A DNA stretch of 64,000 nucleotides, taken from contig JBNJNM010000015.1 of assembly GCA_052426225.1 (NCBI GenBank), positions 806,001 to 870,000 of the forward strand. The letters run 5' to 3'. Position numbers and translations under genes: made by a program. This document shows, piece by piece, positions 1-12,119 of the stretch. Each line of letters starts with the position of its first letter. Within the stretch, counting starts at the first letter, position 1. This DNA is from Zancudomyces culisetae HAW-14-8 (Eukaryota; Fungi; Kickxellomycota). Below the pieces are notes generated by a model, which saw only the letters and a program-made list of their open reading frames with translations, was not told the origin of the DNA and made no database searches.

Positions 1-3000
1 GATATTTATACATATATTATATAATATTAAGCACATTATAATAATTATTTAGCGTCAGGGGATAATGCTACAATAAATCTATAATTAGTATAATGTTTTA
101 TATATAACATGATATATACTACTTCGTAATCCATAACATACTTTACATAAAGTAAAATACATAATTTTGTGATATACAAATTAAAAATATGTATGATTCA
201 TAAATATTTATAGTACTAAATATAAATATTATAATAAGTCTCATCAATATTTTATATTTAATAATAGTAAATATATGTATTATATATTATCAATTACAAT
301 TTAATATTGATATCGTATAGCATATATTAAAATTACTATAATGTATATTTCGATATATATATAGCACATAATTGATATATTAGTTAATATATACAAAACT
401 GTAATTATAATATATTGATAAAATATAATATATATATATAAACATGACCATGCCATTACGTGTAATGGATATATGTATATATATGTAATAATATTTTGCA
501 TTATACATGTATATTAAGCATTCCATTATAAATATATATATTTATAATTATAATAAATAACTATATATAATTCGACTATAATACATAAAATTATTATATT
601 AAGCTAATATAAATGTATACATAATGTTATATGCAATAATGCTATATAATATCGAATAATGATATTAGATATATATACACATGATTAATTATACATAAAT
701 ATATTGATTTATTTATTTATGAATCGGTAAAGAACATACATATACAATCAAATATATTATCGTATATCAATGCAATATATGTCAAACCATTTTACAATTA
801 GTGTAAGAAGAACATTATAAACAGTTAATAAGCTGTAATGTATATCAAATTAACGCTATATGGACGCTGTTGTCCAGCATAGCATTCATTCTAATAAAAG
901 TAAAATCAAATTGGATGATAATACAGGTGTTATGATTTATCATGCCGTTAGATATTAAATTCACATGTAGTATTATATTACCTATTTGCTGCGCAAAAAT
1001 CATTTAATCATTTTGGTAAATACATTATGTTGATTGCGCAGATATATATGAAAATTATAAACGTGTTATATTCGACAATTTGCTACGCAAATACATGTTT
1101 TACATGACTAATCGTATGCTATGTAATCATTCATATATACAAACAATCATGATATATTATTTAGCAATATAAGTTATTCTGATTTGTTGTCGTCTTGATA
1201 AATTATAATTGCCATAATATCAATTAATGATATAATTCAGAAATTTTCATCACAATATATATACTAAATATATAATTAATGATTATATTATATAATATAC
1301 TAAGTGTCCATTCCTGACATCTTAATAATAATCTGCTACATCGATGCAAAAGATAAAATACATGGATTAGATGAAGTGCTAGAATGTCTACTATTTATTT
1401 GCTTTAAATGATTTATTAGCTGTTGCAAATAAATAAACCTTTTAGACCGAAACGAGCCATGTAATTATTGCAAAAATGTTATTATTCCAAAATTTAATGC
1501 CACGTGAATACTGATATAATGGCGGGTAATTTGCTCCGACAAAACTATAAATATTGATTTGGTTATGATGGAAATGAATGGACTTGGGTTCGTGATATTG
1601 TGAGTCTACAGCCGCACAATATTAACCAGACTGTAATACACGATGGAAGGTCATTGATGATTTTGGGGATGCAACACAGCATTTAGAATTTACTACATGT
1701 GCCTAATAAATGATATGTAAACAATGCAAGGTATTTATTCAAATTAAAAGCCAATCATAGCATTACAATAATGTACTACTATTTGTATCCCATGTCATTT
1801 ACATTACTACATACTATGATCCTAAACATATCGCGAAGTTAGTTCCAGCTGGCTTGAACAAGGAATGATACATTGAACTGGCCACCAATATCGCCAGACT
1901 TAAACCCAATCGAAACTATATGGGCAATCATCAAAAGACGCCTAAATAGATACAGTAAAATTTTGTCCGGGATGATCGAATTATGTATGCAAATATAAAT
2001 GTTATTAAATTTAATTAAATTGCATTAATACTTGATCTAAATATAATATATGCAACATATTGCGGCAATAATTATGTCTAATAGGATATGGACAGAAATT
2101 ATATATACCATATGTAATATCCATTAAATCGTATAATATTGAATACAATATTAAAATTAATACATTATTGATCAAACCATTACTAAACGATTATATATTT
2201 GTTAAAATTAAATTACAAAAAAATTATATAACGAATTGTAAAATTTTTAATGCGATAAATATATATAATGTAATAAATTTATATTAATTATATAATATAT
2301 ATGTAGATAATATAAATATATATAATTATTAAGCATTGTTGCAAATAATATTTAATTTTCATAAAATATAAATATATAAAAATAAATCCATATTATTATA
2401 ACAATATACATTATCTCATATAATATCATAAAGAATAGGACGTTAAGAAATGATTATAAGTGCATAGCATACACAATATATGATCAAACATATATATTGT
2501 CTAGTTACACAAAAAATATTATATTTATATATTAAGTGTCAATACGATACATAATATCACGCATATGTACCAGAACAAAAATCATTAAAAATTTATTATT
2601 TATTATATTATTTATTGTATCATTTGGCTAATGGTCCGTAATAACGTATTTCAACATTTATATTATTCAAATTATATGACGTGCTTGACAATTCAATAGT
2701 TATTGAATATATATGCTATTCATATAATGCCATGAAATTCAAATTTATAAACATAGCTTTTATATTCAATGGATTGGCAATATATGAATTAATAGTATAC
2801 ACCTGTATATATATATATCACAAATAATTTTTTAAAAATTTGCACATTAGGTTTTAATGATTCAATTGATTATTAATTAAATATTTAATATCAAATTGTT
2901 AAATGTATCTGTAATGTTATAAAAATATTATCCTAACAATAAAATATATTTATAATATTATTTAATCTATCGTTACGTGATTAATATTAATTATAATATA

Positions 3001-4786
3001 TCTACTTAATTGGCGTGCTTTAATTAATATATAAATATATAATGTCTGACGAAGCAATCGGGTTACGTGCCATTGTCGGATTTCGCATGCTACGGAACTG
3101 TTGTTGCACATGCTCCTATAAAAATGCAAATAGATCATGTGACTCGGTACAATCCAACTTCAAAAAGGTGGCTCCGGAACGGTCGCTATCCGGAGAGTAA
3201 CAACCCTCAACTTTGAACTGTTGGATGATGGCTGCACTTAGCTCATGCAATACTTGACATGAGACGTTAATAATGTTAAACTTTTTAATTTTACTATTTT
3301 AAATTTTTAGCCGAAGCACTATTATATTAATATATGATTGTTAGATTTACTTGTACTGAACAAAATTTTCTTGTTCAATGTCTTGATTTCCTGATGTTAC
3401 TAAAACGTTTTTAACTACTAAAAGCGCTAAGGAATCCGCCTTGAGCTTTCCTTAGTATAATATATATATATATTTCAATAAAACTACTTAAAGCTATTTT
3501 AATTAACCTTGTTAAAGTCTTAATTATCTGTTTTCTTGCTATGTTTCATTCTTATATTCGTCTTAATATTCTTAATGTTTTTATAAACGAATGTTGATTG
3601 TCTATTCCATTTTAATTGTATTTTTCATTTTGTGATTGTTATGTAATTATATTTATTTCGATTTAATAAATAATATTATATAATATTATCAACAACAATT
3701 TATTAATTATTAGTTAATAATTATTATGAAATTATAAAACTTGAGAAGACATATACATCGGAATTCACACACAATACATACATATATGATTATATAGTTT
3801 AATGAATATTATATGAATCTTATATATAAAACATTCCATTATAATTATAATGATTAGAAATATATATATTTATAATATAATTAACTATCCTTTTGAAAAG
3901 ACGATAACTGCCAATATCGAGCTATGATACTGGAATAATAAATGTGGTTATTCAAATATCCATGTGGAATAATATTATATATATCTATTTATTATAATTA
4001 TATATTATTTCTATGTCTATAATATAAACTGTATTTATGATATTATGTTGGTATAATATTATTGGTTACAGTTGATTAATCACAGTTTTAAATATCTCAA
4101 TTTCATAACAATTTATATCAAATTCATATCATATATCAAATTTACAATATTTTATCCCAGATTATTAATTGATTTCAACAATGCGTATGAAACACACAAA
4201 ATATATTATTTGGGTTAACCGATATAATAGTACATGTATCAATAATGTATCAAATAATAATATATTTATATAACATAATATTAATTATAATATTCATATG
4301 GCATTTTTATATATTAATAAGACTTAATATTTATAGGGCAATAAATATATATGTAAGTATTGTCATATTTTTAATTATTAAAATTAATATTTTATGCCAC
4401 ACTATCCATACAAATATCTAAATATTATTTCATAATATTTCAATTATATAATCTCTGTGAAAAATATGTTGTATTAGTATTTATAAGCAATTTATATTAC
4501 CATATACACATAATAAATCTATGAGCGGAATTCGTTAAAATATAATATTATTGTTTAATAGTATATTACACTTAAACCACAAATATCAAATATATAATAT
4601 ATTAATACTTAAATTTCATTACTATAATAAATAATGTTGTTGGTATGTTTAATATTATGCAAGTAATCATTAAAATTTACAAATAAATTATTATGTTATA
4701 CATATTTTATATCTTAAAATCAAATATACTTATGATTCACATGTTTATCATTTAAAAATATTTAAATTTATATAAATATATAATAC
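1..4786. other. Extremely AT-rich, TpA-rich degenerate block (decayed repeats / heterochromatin-like)
   Basis: Visually far more AT-rich than the rest of the window, no credible ORFs, contains a transposase relic; ends sharply at the retroelement terminus at 4787. Confidence 0.7.
1300..2105 (+). mobile_element. Degenerate Tc1/mariner transposase relic
   Basis: Hand translation gives colinear Tc1 motifs: ICSDKT (~1530, cf. WSDET), QTVIHDGRSLMI (~1627, cf. TVKHGGGSVMVWGC), YDPKHIAK (~1815, cf. DNDPKHTAK), WPPISPDLNPIETIWAIIKRRL (~1879-1945), IAAIIMSNRIWT (~2060, cf. AVIxAKGGxTKY). Many frameshifts; no TIRs identified; boundaries approximate. Confidence 0.85.
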
Positions 4787-4813
4787 TGTTATGATACATG
4801 TGTATTCATAACA
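4787..4813 (-). repeat. 3' LTR remnant (27 bp, identical to 10672-10698)
   Basis: TGTTATGATACATGTGTATTCATAACA occurs exactly at 4787-4813 and 10672-10698; directly follows the PPT on the minus strand. Confidence 0.9.
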
Positions 4814-4829
4814 CTACCCCCCCTCTTAA
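4814..4829 (-). promoter_or_regulatory. Polypurine tract of the gypsy element
   Basis: Minus strand reads TTAAGAG plus a G run and TAG, immediately before the TG of the 3' LTR. Confidence 0.9.
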
Positions 4830-4848
4830 GGGTAATTACAGATGATTT

Positions 4849-7800
4849 TTATTCAGATTCGCGTTCGTTTTCGATCTTGCTGAGCCAAAATTCTTGTATT
4901 ATTTCATGAGTGTTAACATCCTGTTCACGCTCCCAACTTCTTTCTTCTGGTCCATATCCTTCGTAATCAATGTTATTAATGTGGTACCATCAATTTCTTT
5001 TGTATCCAAAATTTTGTTCACAACATACTCAATTTCATTATTGATGATAACTGGTGATGGTGGTCTGATGTCTGGTCGTATCACTAATTCTGATGTGTGA
5101 TATTTTTCTAATTATGATACATGAAATACTGGATGTATCTTCATGTTTGGTGGTAATTGTAATTTGAATGTAACATCATTAATCTTGCTTATAATTTTGT
5201 ATGGACCTATCTTTTTGTTATCCAACTTATTTGTAGGCCTTGTAGTTTGTATAATTTTACGTATTAACCATACTTTATCACCTATTTTAAACTTTGGATG
5301 TCGTTTTCGGTTTCTGTCAGCAAACTTTTTACCAGTTTTAATAGCATTTTGTAACACTTTTTTGATGTCGTCGTGATGTTTTTCCAGTTCTATAACACGG
5401 TTTTCAGCACTTGGTATTAACTCTATTGATGGTATTTGCGGAGTAAATGAAGTATCAAAACCATATAATGCTTTAAATGGTGACATCTTTATTGCACTGT
5501 GATAAGCATTATTGTATGAATATTCAGCTAATGGAAGTAATTTGTACCAGTTATCTTGCATATAATCACTGTAACACCTCAAATATTGTTCCAAAGTTTG
5601 ATTAGTACGCTCAGTTTGACCATTAGTTTCAGGGTGATAAGCACTAGAAAGTTTTATTTTTACGTTTAAAAGTTCGTAAAAACGCTTCCAAAACTTGCTT
5701 ATAAACTGAGATCCTCTATCTGAAATAATTTCATCAGGTGTACCATGTAGTTTAAGAACATTTTTAATGTATGCAGTAACAGTTTCGGGTGAAGTCGATA
5801 GCTTTTTAAATGGTATAAAGTGAGCCATTTTAGTATATCTATCAACAATAACCATTATTTTTGTATACCCATTTGACTTTGGTAAATCTGTAATGAAGTC
5901 CATAGTTATAGATTTCCATGGTCCAGATGCTATAGGTAACGGTTGAAGCAATCCATACTGTTTATGTCTGTTAGATTTATTTTTTTGACATACATCACAT
6001 GTATTAATGTATTCTTTTACATATTTCATTTTTTGTTTTATAAAATAGTTTCGATACAAATTTTTTATTGTTTTTTGTATCCCATAATGTCCTGCTGCAC
6101 CTGAATCATGAACATCTGGAAGTAATTGCATCCTTAGTACATCAGGTACATATATTTTTTCATTTACATAGATCAATCCATTTCTTTTTATAATGATATC
6201 AGTATCTTTTAGTTGTTGTTTTAAATCATTTTTATCAATATTATTCTGCTCAATATATGTTTTAATGTTGTTTATAAGTTCACTTTGAAGTATAATGATA
6301 GCATTAATAAAATGTTTTCCTTCAATAATATTGTTGTTTATCACTTTTGAATCGTCATTATTAGTATATCTAGAAAGTGCATCAGGTTTACCACTTTGTT
6401 TTCCTGGTCTGTAGGTGATGTCAAAGTCATATTCATTTAGAATAATGACCATCTGGCGTGTCTTCTGTTGAGTATTTTAGCGTTTTTAAATGATTCTAAA
6501 TTCTTATGATCAGTATAAATTATAAATTTTTGTGATGCTCCTTGCAGGTAATGACGCCATTCTTTAATTGCATTTATGATTGCTAACAGTTCTTTGTCAT
6601 ATATATCATAATTTATTTCAGCTTTATCCAGTTTATGAGAGTAATATGCACATGGAGCGAGCATCCCATCATCATTATATTGTGATAAAATAGCTCATAA
6701 TTGCATAATCTGAAGCATCCGTTTCAACTATAAACTGTTTATCTGGGTTCGGATATTGTAATATTGGTGTAGATGTTAACATATTTTTTATTGTATCAAA
6801 TGCATTTTGCTCTTTGGATGTCCATTCCCACATTTTATCCTTTTTTAACAGCTCTGTAAGTGGTCTAGTAACCTTGGAAAACCCTTCAATAAACTTCCTG
6901 TAATAATTTGCGAAGCCCATAAATACTTGAATATCTTTTGGTTTTGTTGGTGTATTCCACTCAAGCACACATTTAGTCTTTTCTGGATCAGATGATATGC
7001 CTTTATCACTAATAATATGACCTAAAAATGTCACTTTTTTGACGTCAAACTCGCATTTTTCGAGTTTACAATACAGTTTATGCTTCCTTAATTTGCTTAA
7101 AACATTCATAACATGCTCAGTATGTTGGTTAATATCCGGTGAAAAGATTAGTATATCATCTAGATATGATGTTGCGTAAACATCCAATATATCACTTAAT
7201 ACATCATTAATAAAATGTTGAAAAGTTGCAGGTGCATTAGTCAAACCAAATGGCATTACTTGATACTCGTAATGTCCATATCTGCATCTAAAAGCGGTTT
7301 TAGATTCATCACCTTGCTTAATTCTGACCAAGTTATAAGCACTACGAAGATCTAATTTTGTAAATATTCGTGCATCCTTTAATCTATCAAACACCTCATC
7401 AATTATAGGCAACGGATATCTGTTTTTATCGTGTTTTTCATTCAGTTTTCTGTATTCTACACACAGTCTTAGCTCACCAGATTTCTTTTTTACAAACATT
7501 ATAGGCGCACCATAAGGTGATTTTGAATGCCCTATAAACTTGTTTGCAAGATTCTTGTCGATGTACAACTTTAATTCAGTTAGCTCAGTTTATGATAGTG
7601 GGTATATTGGACCCCAAAATGGTTTAGAATCTTTTTTTAAATCGATTCTGCAATCATATTCGCAATGATTTGGCAATATTTCAGCCATTTTTTTATCAAA
7701 GACGTCAGTAAATTCAATATATTTTGTAGGTATAACAGTAGGAGTAGGAGTAGTATCAATATTGTTAACATTTGAAACAGTTTTGATGTCAGTATCATAC

Positions 7801-9478
7801 TTGAAAAGTATATTTTTATCCATTTTTCATCAATATTTTCATTAATATTTTGTATAATTTCAGTTGAAAAATCATCAATATCCATTGCATTTGTATCATT
7901 TTGTTGTTTAAAAGTATTATCCATGTTATCTAGAGTTGTTGCAGTAGTATTAGATGTCATAGGAGTAACTTGAGTAGCAGATAAAATATCTATAGGTGTT
8001 CTTTTTTTGATATTATTAACGTTTATAGGCTTAAAAGTTGGTGTTGAAATTGGGTATAACTCTGCATCAAGGTCGAGATATTTTGTAGTTATAGTTTCAG
8101 TAGTTGGTGTAAATGTATTACTATCAACTTGGGTAGTGTGAGGTTCAATGGATGTTTCATAGTTATTTTTTAACTCATTTTTGGTTGTATTTTGTTCACT
8201 TTTTTCTGAATTTTTTGAATTTTTTCTTAAATTTTTTGTAATTATTCTGTCATACATATCGTTTGGATTATTTATTGATGTATCACTAACACTAGTAGAT
8301 AGTTTAAAAATTGTTTTTTCAGCAGCACATGCTTGTTTGGTTGTAGTATCTATATCATTTTCATTCATTTTTCCTTTTTTATTATCATTTATTTCACTTT
8401 TCCCTTCAAAAATTATATTTTGATTCTTTGTTGTAATGTCAATTATTAATTGTTGTTCATCATCACTGTCTGTTAGGTTATATTTGTCTTGTATATCTTT
8501 TATATTTTGCAGATACAATTGTTGTACGAGTTTGTTTAGTTCACTAGAAGTCATATTTTCATCAAATTCAATGTCATATTTGTTTAATTTTTTACCATTT
8601 TTGTTAGTATTTTCTTCAATATTTACTTGTTTTTCTTCATTAATATCCGAATTATTAGTATGTGGTGGACTAAACATGTCATGATCTAGTAAGTATCCAT
8701 AATTACTATAATCATCAGTTTGAACGGCTTCAGAGACCTTGTTTTTCTCACGTGATAATTTCTTTTTTACAATATTTTTGACCGTATTTTTTGTATTAGT
8801 ACCCTTTTGAGCAACGTTTTGTCCAGAGTTAAACAGATATGATTTTAGTTTAGACATAATAGTATTTTGTTGTTCAGTATCCGATTCAGCAGTGCTGTTT
8901 TGTCCAAAATAACTGCTATTATCATCACTTTTTTCACTATTTTCATCACTATTTATTACATTTTGTTAACTTTTATCATACTCAGATGATACTTCTGGTT
9001 TGTATATAACATCTACTGGCATCTTGTGATGTACACAATTGTTCAAACAGTAATCAGATTCAAATAAGATGTCGAAAGTATCCCAATTGATACTTGGATT
9101 GTGCTTTTTTAACCATGGCATGCCTAATATCACATGACGATGAACAGATTGAATTGGATGTAAGTTGATGTTTTCTGTGTGACCATTTCCAATTGAAACT
9201 TTGATATCATTGTATGCATGGTTAATACCAGTTGTACTAAGCATGTTACCATCAATAGATTCAATACTGAATGGGATGTCAAGTGGTGAAGGTAATAATT
9301 TTAACTTTTTTGCGACATTAACGTCGATAAAGTTCTCAGATGAACCACTATCAATGAGGAGGTCAACTTGAATTGGTTAAGAGATGTCAGTAGCAATGTT
9401 TACGGATATAATTGGTCTGTTATATGATGATTTTGTCTTGTTTTTACTGCAAAACACGTTATCCAAAACATGTTTTTT
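4849..9478 (-). pseudogene. Gypsy pol (PR-spacer-RT-RNaseH-IN-chromodomain), disrupted
   Basis: ORF pieces 8966-9244 (ILGMPWL), 7637-8857 (spacer), 6675-7568 (RT, YLDD), 6437-6664 (RNaseH YTDHKNL), 5112-6452 (integrase); chromodomain EYVVNKIL...GYGPEERSWE ends at TAA 4849-4851. Confidence 0.9.
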
Positions 9479-10292
9479 AACCATATTTCATTAATTTTTT
9501 GATATTGTTTATCATTATTTTATTGTTTAATCATTGTATTGTTGCACTCAGCATACAGATGACCTTTTAAACCACACTTATAACATTTTCTGTTGTTAGT
9601 TAAGTTAACATTAGTTTTTTTGATTCTATTTTCAGATACTTTTGGTACTATTTTTTGATGTTTATTGATCATGTTTTTACATTTTGAAGAATACTGATGT
9701 TGTTTTTGTTGTTTAAATGTTGTTTATATTTAATTTTTTTGTTTTCAGTATAGCTATTATATGCTATAATCCTATTTTCTACTTCATTTGCATTCTGTAT
9801 TCGAGTATTTAGATCATCACACAGCGGTTCCATTATCAAATATTGGTAAATGATTTTGTTTAAACCTCTCATAAATTGATTCATTAATGCAGCATCATCA
9901 AATCCAGCACCTCTACCTAGTTCTATAATTTCAGTAGCGTATTGTAATACTGATTTAGAGTTCTGAATGCATCTACGCAAACCATTTGCGCACTTAATCT
10001 GGTAACTAGGGTCCGAAAAACTGGTACAAAAGTGTCCATAAAATGCTGCAAAATCCTTCTATAATTCGCTTTATGTTCTGATCAAATCTTGGAATCACAT
10101 GGCGGCATGTCCTTCCAAATGTGCTCCAATGAATATTATTATTTTTTTTTCATTTTTAAACGCTGTATCATTAGCCCAAAATTGCATCTCCAGGTTTGCA
10201 GAAAAATAGTTGAAATTGTCCGGGTTTCCATCAAACTTTTTGATATCTGGGAGTCTGATTTGTGATAAAATTTTTTGATTCTCCACACTCAT
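9470..10292 (-). pseudogene. Gypsy gag, disrupted
   Basis: ORF pieces 10095-10292 (PDIKKFDG) and 9669-9980 (QNSKSVLQY..QFMRGL); zinc knuckle CYKCGLKGHLYAEC at ~9544-9585. Confidence 0.85.
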
Positions 10293-10378
10293 TTTGGATT
10301 AATTATTTAATTTTTTAATATCAACTAATGATGAAAAATTTTATTAATTGTAAATTAATTTTACTATACTATAATAAG

Positions 10379-10390
10379 AAGTTTGTCAAT
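10379..10390 (-). promoter_or_regulatory. Primer binding site, self-priming type (ATTGACAAACTT)
   Basis: Lies 1 nt inside the 5' LTR end, lacks the TGG of tRNA PBSs, and is the exact reverse complement of 10541-10552 within the LTR. Confidence 0.8.
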
Positions 10391-10391
10391 A

Positions 10392-10698
10392 TGTTAGATA
10401 CCAATATTATACACAATAATATTGATAATAACTAATTAACACTCAGTTAATTTATAAAAGTTATTATTCATTATACTATTTTAAAACACACAGTAATAAT
10501 ATAATATTAGTTAATAATATCTTTATTATTGTTAAACGAGATTGACAAACTTAATTGTTCATGAATGGGATTAGTATCAACTTTTATACAATTAGTTTGT
10601 ACTAAAACTTTAATTAAACTAAAACTAATATATAACTAATATTAATAAATATTGTATTAAATATACAATATTGTTATGATACATGTGTATTCATAACA
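10392..10698 (-). repeat. 5' LTR (307 bp)
   Basis: Minus strand TGTTA...TAACA termini; TATAAAAG at 10581-10588; AATAAA near 10522-10527; followed by PBS and gag. Confidence 0.8.
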
Positions 10699-12119
10699 AC
10701 AAGTCGACAACATCTTACTCATTAAAAACTATACTCATTGACTATTATTTATCTAAACAAAAACTAATAATAAACAATAGTTCTTTACATTCAGTATTAA
10801 ACTACATCAAATTATAAACTGGTTTATCAAATGTAGGATTACTGTTTAAAATATGATAGAAATCTTTTTTCACTTGTACACCTTATTAACACCTAAAATA
10901 GAAACTATCTTTGATGAATAATTTACCAACATTAATCTTTCTCCGGATTTGTAACACTACGAAAAAAAACACCAATAAATAACTATACTCATTTGTAACA
11001 TGCATTTCAAATGTTATTTCACTCAAAATATAATACCATTAGAATATTTTTCCTTGACCTACTACAAAAGTTCATTGAAATATTTATCGACCTGAGTTAA
11101 GAACTATATCATTTTTTAAATTATTGGCCATTAACATTTATCAAAGAGTAAATAGATTATTATATCATATCCAGCAGAATTGTTTATAATACTGAAATAA
11201 ATATCCATAGAAATCTACTATCCAAAAAACTTTTATGAAAAGATTAACATTAGGTATTGAATGTGGCATTCATTTAAAGTATAAATAAATAGCCTAATTT
11301 TAAGTAGAGGATAGATAAAACTGTATAGTTGATCATCTAATATGACCAAATATTAGTTCAGCATTTCATTTTTTATAATGTTAATATTAATTCGATTTAG
11401 TAAATAATATAACTAAGTTATAAGCTTTGTAAAACTTTTCTAATTAATTTGCAAAGTAGTGATCACTAATGAAATTTTTAGTATTGGTAGGGTTAAAATA
11501 GAAAAAATTATTGTATGGGATTAAGAAAAAAATTTCAGATCTTGAAAAGACAAGGAAGCAGAAATATTCAGTACAAGTCTCTCGATGGTCACGTATTAGG
11601 TGTTACCATCTGTATTTATAGTTTGGTTGAGGATTATGTAAACCTACAAAAGTTATAAGTTTAGAATAGTACGCTTGATGTGGTATAAAGTTTTTTTATT
11701 TTAGGAATTTATCAATATATGACCTAAAAGTGCTTACAATTCCCTGGCAAATGATATTAAAAATAAAATTTTCTTAGATATCTCTCGAAGCGTACACATT
11801 ACTGAATTGTTACTAGGATGAGTTCTACTGCTGTACTATGTGTCAATTTCTATCCTCTACTAATTTAATTTTTAAAGTTGGTACGTGTGTGTGGTCGATG
11901 GGTATCAATAATATTTTTATTTTTCAATCAATTTTTATAGGTTTTCATACTATTAAATCAAAGTATAGATTTGATAAGTCTAAACAACTATTATAAGCTG
12001 TAAATTCTAACAAGTATTATAAACATTTGTATGTAAAAAAAAAGCGTATAAAATGGATAATTTTCTTTATACTTTTTCATAAATGCACAAATATCGTTGG
12101 TATACATATTTATATAAAG

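Larger units (their letters stand above)
4787..10698 (-). mobile_element. Ty3/gypsy chromovirus LTR retrotransposon, decayed, 3' LTR truncated
   Basis: Order gag(CCHC)-PR(LIDSGSSENFI)-RT(YLDD)-RNaseH-IN(HHCC, DDE, GPY)-chromodomain; PPT adjacent to a 27-bp terminus identical to the start of the 5' LTR; multiple stops and frameshifts. Confidence 0.95.

Noticed and set aside
301-501. 66-aa I/Y-rich ORF
   Set aside because: By-product of TA-rich low-complexity sequence.
4480-4786. Full-length decayed 3' LTR with ACAAG/ATAAG TSD
   Set aside because: Only scattered AT-rich word matches to 10392-10671; cannot be distinguished from chance by eye.
10396-10403. TGGTATC on the minus strand as a tRNA-iMet PBS
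   Set aside because: It lies inside the LTR before the TAACA terminus and the match does not extend; the 12-nt self-complementary site fits better.
10700-11900. Possible decayed gene next to the 5' LTR
   Set aside because: No recoverable frame or motif.
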